From Candidatus Moraniibacteriota bacterium (GTDB lineage: Bacteria > Patescibacteriota > Minisyncoccia > Moranbacterales > UBA2206), in the NCBI GenBank assembly GCA_038203255.1, contig JBBREE010000002.1, positions 1 through 57,735 of the forward strand: a DNA stretch of 57,735 nt. Direction: 5' to 3'. Under the pieces are notes generated by a model. It did no database searches. It was not told the DNA's origin and saw nothing but the letters and a program-made list of their open reading frames with translations. Numbering within the stretch: the first letter of the stretch is position 1; every line of letters starts with the position of its first letter. The position numbers were made by a program, and so were the translations under genes. Below, piece by piece: positions 25,280 to 33,675 of the stretch.

Positions 25280-26074
25280 AATTACACCTTCCGAAACACC
25301 CCTTGCATTAACGCCGATCGTTCCGACATCAATCCCCTCAATCATCTCTTCTATTTTTTGATCTTCGACCACTTCTGAATAGTGGATACTTTGCGATTCT
25401 CCAATTTTTTCTTGCTTGGCTACTGCCCAGTTAGCCAGTATTGATTTTTGGCTTATGGATTTACGCACTTCTTTTTGTTTAATAAGCTTCGTTATTTCTA
25501 ATAGATTTATCTTGAAATTTTTGAGAATCTGAAACAAATCATAGAAATCTCGATACCTCGCTCTATCATTGGCGGCTCTGATTTTTTCAGCCACTATTTC
25601 CCGGACATCCATAACATTCACCTTGGTATCAACTTTCCAAATGTTGTTGTATGTCATTTCCTGAGTCGGTAAGATAACATTCTGGATAAAATCAATTTCC
25701 AGCTTCAGAGAATTTGGCTGTCCAAGCGGCCCATCATATTTCAATCGCTCCAATTTAATGGTCGCACCGGAAACATATTCTTTTTTGATTTCCAAAAAAG
25801 AATAAGGCTCGAATATCTTTTTCACATCTTCTAACTTTATTTTTGGATCTAGCGAAGTAAAATCCAAATCTTCAGAAAAGCGCATCTGATCGAGATAGCA
25901 GTGATGGATGGCCGTTCCACCCTTAAAAACCAGCCTGTCTCGAAGCGGAGAATCGTAAACAATTTTGGAAACAATTGCCAGAAAATAGTCCTTCTCGGCG
26001 ATGGCCAGAGGATATTTTAAATTTTTTCTGTTTATAACTTCCAACTCCCTCTTAGAAAGTGAAACTAAATTCAT
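25277..26074 (-). CDS. AbiEii/AbiGii-family nucleotidyltransferase toxin (DUF1814)
   Basis: 265 aa; LVFKGGTAIHHCYLDQMRFSEDLDFT nucleotidyltransferase motif. Confidence 0.8.
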   Translation of the reverse strand: MNLVSLSKRELEVINRKNLKYPLAIAEKDYFLAIVSKIVYDSPLRDRLVFKGGTAIHHCYLDQMRFSEDLDFTSLDPKIKLEDVKKIFEPYSFLEIKKEYVSGATIKLERLKYDGPLGQPNSLKLEIDFIQNVILPTQEMTYNNIWKVDTKVNVMDVREIVAEKIRAANDRARYRDFYDLFQILKNFKINLLEITKLIKQKEVRKSISQKSILANWAVAKQEKIGESQSIHYSEVVEDQKIEEMIEGIDVGTIGVNARGVSEGVI

Positions 26075-26856
26075 TTTTTTAATTCAAAATGATTATGATA
26101 GTAGAGTCGCCACTTGGCATTAAACTTTTTACTGTCGTTGGTCATATAACTGCTCCGACCGGCACTTCTCTTCACCAACTCGTACAAATAATCGGAATTG
26201 ACCCCGATTTTATCCAGGAGAAATCCCACAATTCTTTGCACCGTCACTGATTGGTCCCGGCTGAATTCATTCAGCTTGTCCCAATCGAAATTGTTTTTAT
26301 ATTCTCCTAGTTTTTCCAACACCAAATCCACGGAATGTGTCGTTCTTCTAAAAGCGAGCATATCCAAAACGGTCTTTTCCAAAGTGGCAATTTTCACTGA
26401 CCTATTTTCTATCTGCACTTCCTCCCAGCCATAATAATTTCTTTCACTCGCTTTGATGAAATCATAGGATATGCCTTGAATCTCTTTTTTCTTCCGTTGC
26501 TTCATATTAAGAGAAGTGACTGTTTTGATATACTGATCGAATATTTTGTGATATTGCAACGCCGACTCGAAAGACACATAAGAATCGGCAACTAGAATTT
26601 GAGCGATAATAATTTCAGAAATATTAGCCACGCCCCTGGATTCAAGCGTAGTAATGTAGTACGTTCCCCTTTTAATCCTGACTAGCCAGCCATTTTCTGA
26701 CAATTTAGCCACTAGATTTCTGGCTTCCTGCCGGCTCATTTTAGCCTTTAGTTGAGTAAAAATCTGCTCAAAATCAACAATTACCCCATATTCAGCTATC
26801 AGGTTTTCCACTAAATGTAGCTCTTTTTCAGACAATATTGTCTTTTTTGTAATCAT
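26071..26856 (-). CDS. AbiEi-family antitoxin / transcriptional regulator
   Basis: 261 aa; N-terminal wHTH ..ARNLVAKLSENGWLVRIKRGTYYI; 4-nt ATGA overlap with the toxin gene. Confidence 0.75.
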   Translation of the reverse strand: MITKKTILSEKELHLVENLIAEYGVIVDFEQIFTQLKAKMSRQEARNLVAKLSENGWLVRIKRGTYYITTLESRGVANISEIIIAQILVADSYVSFESALQYHKIFDQYIKTVTSLNMKQRKKKEIQGISYDFIKASERNYYGWEEVQIENRSVKIATLEKTVLDMLAFRRTTHSVDLVLEKLGEYKNNFDWDKLNEFSRDQSVTVQRIVGFLLDKIGVNSDYLYELVKRSAGRSSYMTNDSKKFNAKWRLYYHNHFELKK

Positions 26857-26889
26857 ATAATAATATACTTAGTGTTATTATCTATATAC

Positions 26890-26918
26890 ATATTAGACAA
26901 TATACCCTTTTTTGTCAA
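26890..26918 (-). promoter_or_regulatory. consensus promoter TTGACA-N17-TAATAT for the AbiE operon
   Basis: Read on the minus strand: ttgacaaaaaagggtatattgtctaatat. Confidence 0.6.
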
Positions 26919-26935
26919 GTCTTGTCTTTTTGCTA

Positions 26936-26964
26936 TGTATAGCGCATAAAAAAGCCTTTGTAAA
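26936..26964 (-). promoter_or_regulatory. promoter-like module TTTACA-N17-TATACA (repeat-associated)
   Basis: Minus strand: tttacaaaggcttttttatgcgctataca. Confidence 0.5.
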
Positions 26965-26966
26965 TA

Positions 26967-27002
26967 TAGAGGACTCTATAGAGTCCTCTATGGAGTCCTC
27001 TA
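26967..27002. repeat. palindrome copy 5 plus an extra half-copy (TGGAGTCCTCTA)
   Basis: Read directly; it lies 4 nt beyond the stop of the Memo-like gene. Confidence 0.95.
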
Positions 27003-27005
27003 AAA

Positions 27006-27926
27006 TTATTTAGCTCGATTAAAACGAAGGGTGAAATAACTGGTGGTTCTGGAGGGTTTCTCTCGGGAGAAATCGAAGGAGTTGCCGTTCCAAACAATTT
27101 CACTCGCCAAGTTTTTCTTTTGAGCATAAAGCAGGCTTGTGGCTAAAGCCGTTGGACAATCAACATTATTATTATCCAAGCGGGCTATTCTTTCGATATT
27201 TTTATCCTCAATTAACTGTTTCGTCTCGGCGTCTTTTTGATCAGAAATTTCTTTGGTCAAGTAGTGAGAGAAATCGGTCGAAAAAATCACTAAACTATCC
27301 TCTCCGGTGTTATCAGAAAGCCATTGACTGAGTTTTTGCGCTTCCTCGATGCCGGCGTGGGAAGTGATGATGATGGGAACTATCTTGGCTTGCGGAAAAT
27401 AGTGCGCCACAAAAGGCACAATAGTGCCGATGGAATGTTCATTTTCAAAAGCGGTAACATTGGGCGTTAAGTGAAAATCGGCCACGACCTGATCAACCAG
27501 ACCCCGATTCACTCGCACTAGTCCAAAAGGCGTTTGCCAAACGGCCTTGGCCGTAGCCAGTGTGTCACTACTGATATTTTCATGATTAGGCCCGATGATA
27601 AAAACATTTTTAACCGTCCTCCCACTGGCCGAACCGATAATGTCCGCGATTTTTTCAGCGACTAAAAAATGATGGGGGGTTATGACCGCGAAAGTGTCTT
27701 GGCGTGGTGTGACTTTCACCTTTGCTATCGTCTCAAGGAGTGTCCGAGTGTCATAGAAAGAATCTTTTTGTGTGATAATGGGCAAATCATTTTTTTCTGC
27801 CACGGTGGTTTCACCCAAAAGAAAAGTGGGATTCTCCCTAGATTTTTGATAACTCCAAAACGCCACCAGAGAGAGACTCACAATAAGGAGTCCTGCGATA
27901 AATTTTATTTTCATTCTCATGTTCAT
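27006..27926 (-). CDS. Memo-like / AmmeMemoRadiSam system protein B homologue with N-terminal membrane anchor
   Basis: 306 aa; ITPHHFLVAE, IIGPNHEN, FSTDFSHY motifs; the start is 2 nt after the A2M stop. Confidence 0.65.
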   Translation of the reverse strand: MNMRMKIKFIAGLLIVSLSLVAFWSYQKSRENPTFLLGETTVAEKNDLPIITQKDSFYDTRTLLETIAKVKVTPRQDTFAVITPHHFLVAEKIADIIGSASGRTVKNVFIIGPNHENISSDTLATAKAVWQTPFGLVRVNRGLVDQVVADFHLTPNVTAFENEHSIGTIVPFVAHYFPQAKIVPIIITSHAGIEEAQKLSQWLSDNTGEDSLVIFSTDFSHYLTKEISDQKDAETKQLIEDKNIERIARLDNNNVDCPTALATSLLYAQKKNLASEIVWNGNSFDFSREKPSRTTSYFTLRFNRAK

Positions 27927-27928
27927 TT

Positions 27929-30900
27929 TTATTCTTGGCTAATGGTTATAGTTTGATCAGAAGAATAATTGATATAGTCAGGGTTGACGGAAGACTGAAT
28001 GATGGCGTTTTCAGCCCGGTACGTGCCCAGAGTTTTCACGCGAGCGTAGTAGCGGATAAAATCTCCACCGCAATAGTTCCTGTCCCAATAACGATCAATT
28101 CTATATTTAACCATCTGACCGTCCGTGTCATACGGGTACCAAGTGTGACAATCAGTCTTACCGCTGGGGTCATAGGTTCTAGTGACTGGCGCTAGACCAC
28201 TTGGCAAGATGTCCGTGATTTGATAGTCCCCTAAAATGGCGTTGGTATAGAAATTCGGGTAGAGTCGCACTTCGACCATATCATTTTGCGAAAAATGATC
28301 GGTCACTTCGCCATTGACCAAATATTCTCGCTTAAGACTAATGTCCTTATCTTTTTCGACAGTCGCCGGATCAAGTGGCAGGGTGTAACGAGTAGAAATC
28401 CCTACGTCGCCGGTGACAGCGGTAAATTTGACCTTATCGGCCATTTCTGAGGGCAATTGGAAGGAGTAGGAAGAGTCGGTCAATTTAATTTCCTTTTTTT
28501 GACCATCCAGTTCATAACTCACTCCGGCCGGACTCGGTTTGACTTGGGTCAAGCGACGGCTCAAAAAATTAAGTTTTTCCAGATTGAATAAATTTTCGCT
28601 ATTTTTATATTTCCCATACAAAAGTTGATTGCTCACCACATAATCAAATAGTCCGTCCGCTTCCGGTGTTTCCAGACACGCCGACAAAACGGAAGCCAAG
28701 GCAGTCGCTTCAAAAACTTGATCCAAGTCTTCACTGGCACGGATGAGCATCTGAGGAGCTTTCTTTTGCCCGTATTGCCCGAGCACTTCATAATATATCT
28801 GCCGAGCGCGGGTTTCGTCGCCTAGGTCAAAAAGAGCTTGTGCCAATTGCAGTTTTCCTTTGGCATCAATGCCGTCATAATTGAGCCAAGAATATATGCG
28901 GGGCAAAACCGGTTGTCTAAGTTCTGCCAAACCGAAAAGGGCGGGGCTGATTTCTTCCGGAGTGCTGTTTTTATGTTCTAGAATTTTGAAAAAATATTGA
29001 GCCAGGGACTCTTGATCAAAACCCTTAGCACCGGAAGAAGCCACTCTAGCGGAAAGATCCAAATCGTCACTGCTATAAGGCAAAAGGGAAATCCCTCCGG
29101 TGGTCAGCTGATAATCGCTTGGGCGAAAATTAGGAGCGAAAGTTTCTTCTTGATAATAGCTCCCGAGCAAATTGCGCGCTTCTTTGGAAACATATTTTTG
29201 ATCAATCCGATCGCCATAAGACCAACTCAACTCTTGTAAGGGTTGATAGAGTTTATTTGCCCCTAAGTCACTCAAAACCACAGCGAGTGGCAATTTATTC
29301 AAAGCTTCCACTTTTGTTTCCAGACTGAGCTTCTCCGTTTTAGCCGATTGCGCTTCCATACGTGAAGAGACAACTTCAAGTGGCAACTTAATGGCGTCTT
29401 TTCCCTTGGCCGATTCCAAGCTGTAATTTATTTCATGCCTCCCCAGTTTCAAATCCGGCAGGGGGAAATAGGCGCCCGCGAAAGCTTGAGCGAAGAGTTG
29501 GGCGGATTTTTCCAAACTTAAAGTAGGCGCCGACACCGTGAACGCCACTTTGTCCTTTGAATTAAGGGCTGTTCCGTAGGCGCGCAGTCTTGCCACCGGT
29601 TTATCCGCCAGCAAATATTGGTTTCCGATGGTCACGTCAGCAAACACCGGTAAAGAAACCGGCAATTTGGTGGTGCTCACTCCGGCTTCCATTTCTCGGC
29701 TGATAGCTTGAGAAGTAATCCGCCAAGAAGTCAGGTTGTCAGGCAGTTTAAAAGTAACCTTAGCTTCTCCCTGGGAATTTGTTCTGACTACTTTGAATAA
29801 AGCTGCGTCGGTGAAAAATTCTCGTGGTCCGCCACCTTTCTCTTCGTTGTGAACATAAAAACCGCCGGCAAAAAAAGTGTGTTGGGGATCGATTCTCAAA
29901 TTATAAACCGGAATTATTTCGTGGTCATAGGTGATGGAATTAATTTTCACTTTCTCTCCTTTAAGATTAAGTAGCCAATCTCCTTCTTTCAAAAGACCGG
30001 CGTCGGTAAAGCGTCCATTGGAAAACATCTGATGCTCCGGAGTGACTTTTAAATTATGATTTATAATCAGATACTCGGCCACAACGTGACGCCAAGTGTC
30101 GGTCACTTCTCCTTGCACGATTGCTTTTTCCAGCGGATCGCTCAGCGTCAAAACCTTGTCGCCCTTTTGCACTTTTTCAATCGGCTTTTCACTGCCATCT
30201 GCCATACTAATCAGCGTACCGGCTGCAAAACATCCGCCTTTTTCGGCGCCCATACTTGCGAGCATAGAATTGTAGTGAGTTTTCCCCGCAAGCAAAATTC
30301 CTGAACCGACACTGGCATAAAGAGTGTCGAGTGGAGTGGCCTTGTCATCTGCCACGGCGTAATAGGCTTCGTCCACCAAATTAAGATTGACTTCCGCTTC
30401 CACCGGGGTATCTTTTTTGTTTTTAAGTTTGACGGATAAGGTAACATCCTCTCCGGGTCGGTAACTTTTTTTGTCCGGAGTCACATTAAGATTAAGTTCG
30501 CTGTCACTATAGCGATACCTTGCTTGTTCTCCTGAATAGCTGTCAGCCACTGCGTCATAAGTCACGCCGTTAAAATAGACAGCGGAGAGATTGACGTCCG
30601 GAATGTCTTCTCGCGAAAATTGAAAACTATATTCCGGTTTATCGGAAAGTGTATAATTGCGCAATCCATTTTGCAACTGCATAAATAAATAGCGTCCCTT
30701 AACCTCCGGCATAGCTTCATCATTTTTTTTGAAAATAGCTTTCACTTCGTCACCTAGGGAGAAATCGGTGTCGGAAAGTTCCAAGCGGTAATAGCGATAA
30801 TCCCAATTGGAATACTGGCTGACAAATTTTCCGTTGTAGTAGTATAGATATTGACTGTAGTTATCATAATGACCCTCGCGATCATAAACGCGATATTTAA

Positions 30901-33427
30901 TCTGGTAGGAAGTTTCCGGCACCACCGCTTGCGAGAAAACATAACGGCCGTTCTTATCAGTACTATTAGAGAAATTACCCACTTCTTCTTCGACTTTTGC
31001 ATAATTATAAGTCTTATAAGTTTTTTTATTGATGAAATCATACTGGGTTCCGGTTTCATTCTTTTCATAGGTCGTCCTAATGATTTTACCCTCCACTTTC
31101 ACGCCATTCGCTGGTGCGTCTCCTATATTTTGATTATAGTAGTTCCCATCTTGCGCCAATTTTTCCAAATCGATAAATCTCACTTGCATCTTTATTTGAG
31201 CTTCTCCAGCTTTAGGATAGGTGACCTCGGACCTGGCATAAGTACGCGCACCATAAGCTCGCAGATCCATTTCGGCGGTTATCTCAGAAAGTTCACTGTT
31301 TTCCGGCACGACATTTAAGTTTTGATAACTGGGCCAACAGCTATAGTCTTTGGTGCAATCCGTATATTCCTTAGAATAAGTCAGCTGAGCCTCCCCGTCT
31401 TCATTCGTGGTTACTTTTTGATCTCCTTCCGGCGTTTTGAGAATTAATTTCAAATTAGGCACCGGTGTCCCTTCGAAAAAATTCGCCTTGAGTTTTAGGT
31501 TCACTGTGTCCCCCGCGAAAAAAACTTTTTTGTCAGGCGTCAAACTCAAATCGAAAGCTGGCTTAGTGTAGGCTTTGATACTCAAATATTTACGTTGAAT
31601 AAGTTTATCCCCCACCTTTATCTCTAAGGTATAATAATCCGGCCGAAGATCGGCAATCTTAATTTCACCTTCAAAAGTATCAAACTGCGACAAAGAAATT
31701 TCCTGTTCGGTGATGCTGACCGGGTGGTAATAATAATCCACGTAGCCTTCCTTATACAGCGTGACCGTCACCTTGTCTTTCACTTTGTCTCCGGTACGCG
31801 CTTTGACCAGCCCCCAATATTTAATCGTATCGGTGGTTTGATAGCGTGGCCTGTCGGTATAGAAATAGCGCCAATAATCATCCGCGGCTTCCGGCTTGTT
31901 CCACCAAGTACTGCGCAAAACTTGCGAGGCGGGAGTGATGACGACACTGTCCCCCTTGGAAATTTTGAAATAGAAATTTTCTTTCTGGGTGTTTTCTTCT
32001 TGCGCGTAGGCTAAAATTTCTGAGGGAGTGGAAAATTTAGCCACACCTTCCTCGCTAGTTGCAAATCGTTTGTCAGTCCCAACCAGTTCCACCTCAGCTC
32101 CGGCTATGGCCTTTTTACTTTTGGCACTATTAGCCCAAACAAGCGTCTGGGTCTTGGTAATATTATAATAAGCTGTCAGGTCACTAACTTGAATCCAAAC
32201 CTGAACCTTAGCATCTCCGTGGGAAAGCTCTGCCAAATAGAATCCTTCCGTCAAGGGAGTGGGCAACTCGATATATTTTTTATCAGCATTAGTCTTAATT
32301 GGAAGGTTAAGGGAGTTAAGCTTAGAAAGAGAAGTGGTGTCCAATTTAAATTGTTCTTTAGCAAAAGACCACCATGGCAGTTTATCTCTTTGGCTCAAAG
32401 CAGTCATATATTCCCGCCAAGAAGAAAAACGAAAAACAGCAACGTCAAGACTTTCAGCAAAAGTGCCAACGGAAACCTGAATGACTGGTGGCTGGTCGGC
32501 CGTCGTTTCTAAGGTCTGGTCATAAATGTTAAGCTGACTGGCTCTATCCATAGCATCTCTTACTTGCTCTGTTTCGAAACTAAAAGTATATTCTTCCGCC
32601 AAGGTTTCCCCTGATCCCACTAGAGGCATTCCTTTTTTAATCTTAACCGTATAGAGTGTTTTAAAAGCCAGCTTTTCTTGCGGAACAAAAACCAAGGTTC
32701 GTCCATGATGCTCAAATGAACCGGCGACTGAGGGAGACATCTCAAAATAGTTTTGCCAATCCTTGAAATTATCATAAGTAAAGGTTATTTCAACCCCACT
32801 ATCCACCGGCACATAAGTTCCTTGTTCTCTGGGAATGCTGTTAAGCACCTTAAAATTATCTTTAACTTGATAGGCCCAAGAATACATCTGCCCGGAAGAA
32901 GCCAGATTGGCTAAACTTACCTTGAGAAGAGTACTGGGAGGCAGAATTTTCTCCGGCAGAATTTTCCAACTGGTGTCTGACAATTTTTGGAGCGCATAAG
33001 AAACATCCGGCTCCATTTTGAGGTGCTCTTTAACCGCGCCCTCCCCCAACGCTTCCTTACTCTCAAGAATGTAGGCGCTATCAGCCGAAACTCCCAGCGC
33101 GTCCTCTTTTTCTGCCTTCAATTTGAATTCGTCCTTACTCTCAGTTTCAAAGGCCATCTTTAAAAAACCGGAAAAAAAATCGTGGGGTGGTAATTTTTTT
33201 CCAGCTGAATTTTGCGTATTGCTCAATTTTTTGAGCAAGTCAGCTTTTTTGACATACAAAATGCTCCCCGTCAAAGCCAAAATTAAAATAAAGACGATCG
33301 TAGCCGTAATGATTTTTCCGTATTTTTTTTCTAAAATTATTTTCTTAAGTTTCTCAAATAGAAGGATAAATTTATTTTTTTGTGAGGTTGTGTCAGACTC
33401 TTCGGGAAATCTTTTTTGTAATTCCAT
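27929..33427 (-). CDS. membrane-anchored alpha-2-macroglobulin family protein (no thioester motif seen) with embedded Hint domain
   Basis: 1832 aa; N-terminal TM IITATIVFILILALTGSILYV; repeated MG-type segments; A2M-domain signature FFTDAALFKVVRTNSQGEAKVTFKLPDNLTSWRITSQAIS. No CxEQ found by eye. Confidence 0.75.
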   Translation of the reverse strand: MELQKRFPEESDTTSQKNKFILLFEKLKKIILEKKYGKIITATIVFILILALTGSILYVKKADLLKKLSNTQNSAGKKLPPHDFFSGFLKMAFETESKDEFKLKAEKEDALGVSADSAYILESKEALGEGAVKEHLKMEPDVSYALQKLSDTSWKILPEKILPPSTLLKVSLANLASSGQMYSWAYQVKDNFKVLNSIPREQGTYVPVDSGVEITFTYDNFKDWQNYFEMSPSVAGSFEHHGRTLVFVPQEKLAFKTLYTVKIKKGMPLVGSGETLAEEYTFSFETEQVRDAMDRASQLNIYDQTLETTADQPPVIQVSVGTFAESLDVAVFRFSSWREYMTALSQRDKLPWWSFAKEQFKLDTTSLSKLNSLNLPIKTNADKKYIELPTPLTEGFYLAELSHGDAKVQVWIQVSDLTAYYNITKTQTLVWANSAKSKKAIAGAEVELVGTDKRFATSEEGVAKFSTPSEILAYAQEENTQKENFYFKISKGDSVVITPASQVLRSTWWNKPEAADDYWRYFYTDRPRYQTTDTIKYWGLVKARTGDKVKDKVTVTLYKEGYVDYYYHPVSITEQEISLSQFDTFEGEIKIADLRPDYYTLEIKVGDKLIQRKYLSIKAYTKPAFDLSLTPDKKVFFAGDTVNLKLKANFFEGTPVPNLKLILKTPEGDQKVTTNEDGEAQLTYSKEYTDCTKDYSCWPSYQNLNVVPENSELSEITAEMDLRAYGARTYARSEVTYPKAGEAQIKMQVRFIDLEKLAQDGNYYNQNIGDAPANGVKVEGKIIRTTYEKNETGTQYDFINKKTYKTYNYAKVEEEVGNFSNSTDKNGRYVFSQAVVPETSYQIKYRVYDREGHYDNYSQYLYYYNGKFVSQYSNWDYRYYRLELSDTDFSLGDEVKAIFKKNDEAMPEVKGRYLFMQLQNGLRNYTLSDKPEYSFQFSREDIPDVNLSAVYFNGVTYDAVADSYSGEQARYRYSDSELNLNVTPDKKSYRPGEDVTLSVKLKNKKDTPVEAEVNLNLVDEAYYAVADDKATPLDTLYASVGSGILLAGKTHYNSMLASMGAEKGGCFAAGTLISMADGSEKPIEKVQKGDKVLTLSDPLEKAIVQGEVTDTWRHVVAEYLIINHNLKVTPEHQMFSNGRFTDAGLLKEGDWLLNLKGEKVKINSITYDHEIIPVYNLRIDPQHTFFAGGFYVHNEEKGGGPREFFTDAALFKVVRTNSQGEAKVTFKLPDNLTSWRITSQAISREMEAGVSTTKLPVSLPVFADVTIGNQYLLADKPVARLRAYGTALNSKDKVAFTVSAPTLSLEKSAQLFAQAFAGAYFPLPDLKLGRHEINYSLESAKGKDAIKLPLEVVSSRMEAQSAKTEKLSLETKVEALNKLPLAVVLSDLGANKLYQPLQELSWSYGDRIDQKYVSKEARNLLGSYYQEETFAPNFRPSDYQLTTGGISLLPYSSDDLDLSARVASSGAKGFDQESLAQYFFKILEHKNSTPEEISPALFGLAELRQPVLPRIYSWLNYDGIDAKGKLQLAQALFDLGDETRARQIYYEVLGQYGQKKAPQMLIRASEDLDQVFEATALASVLSACLETPEADGLFDYVVSNQLLYGKYKNSENLFNLEKLNFLSRRLTQVKPSPAGVSYELDGQKKEIKLTDSSYSFQLPSEMADKVKFTAVTGDVGISTRYTLPLDPATVEKDKDISLKREYLVNGEVTDHFSQNDMVEVRLYPNFYTNAILGDYQITDILPSGLAPVTRTYDPSGKTDCHTWYPYDTDGQMVKYRIDRYWDRNYCGGDFIRYYARVKTLGTYRAENAIIQSSVNPDYINYSSDQTITISQE
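29846..30232 (-). other. 129-aa Hint (intein / bacterial-intein-like) module inside the A2M ORF
   Basis: CFAAGTLISMADG (block A, Cys1), VTPEHQM (block B, TxxH), FFAGGFYVHN (terminal HN). The next residue is Glu. Flanks are GAEKGG|C and N|EEKGGG. Confidence 0.75.
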
Positions 33428-33474
33428 TTAATTTTAGTTATTATTTTATTAAAATATATCATAAAACGCCTCAT

Positions 33475-33502
33475 TTGACTATTTCTCCAATTTCTCTATA
33501 AT
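33475..33502 (+). promoter_or_regulatory. promoter TTGACT-N16-TATAAT for the thrS leader
   Basis: Read directly. Confidence 0.6.
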
Positions 33503-33508
33503 TAACCT

Positions 33509-33635
33509 ACAGTCTTTATGAAGCCTTGAGGCGGCTACCAACCGCGGAGCTTTATGTGGATTAACTCAAAAGAGCGCCCAAATAATTTTGGGAATTCGAG
33601 TGGAACCGTCCGAAGTTATCGGACCTCGAAATTCT
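33509..33635 (+). promoter_or_regulatory. T-box leader (Thr specifier) controlling thrS
   Basis: CUUGAGG-GCGG-CUACCAA-CCGC (33531..33545) shows ACC+A in a 7-nt loop. T-box-like GAAUUCGAGUGGAACCGUCC with UGGA at 33601..33604. Alternative helix UUCGAG..GUCCG-aaguuau-CGGAC-CUCGAA (33595..33630). Confidence 0.65.
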
Positions 33636-33675
33636 AATCTTATTTTGGTGCTTTTTTAATTTTTAAAATAATATT

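Noticed and set aside
19219-27002. Possibility that the repeated palindromes form a CRISPR array or an integron cassette array.
   Set aside because: - The spacings are 0.6-3.6 kb and irregular, and whole genes lie between copies, so this is not a CRISPR array.
- No cas genes and no integrase are in the window.
- The cassettes carry their own promoters, unlike typical integron cassettes.
- The 24-mer is a perfect palindrome rather than an attC-like imperfect site.
26933-27127. A 64-aa minus-strand ORF overlapping palindrome copy 5. Small ORFs 19784..19987 and 19954..20157 are similar cases.
   Set aside because: They read through repeat, promoter or sRNA sequence, or overlap better-supported genes. 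They show no SD or family signal.
29846-30232. Calling the Hint block a canonical self-splicing intein or a mobile intein with a homing endonuclease.
   Set aside because: - The +1 residue is Glu, not Cys/Ser/Thr.
- The module is only 129 aa, with no room for an endonuclease domain.
- It is therefore reported as an intein-like/BIL-type Hint domain.
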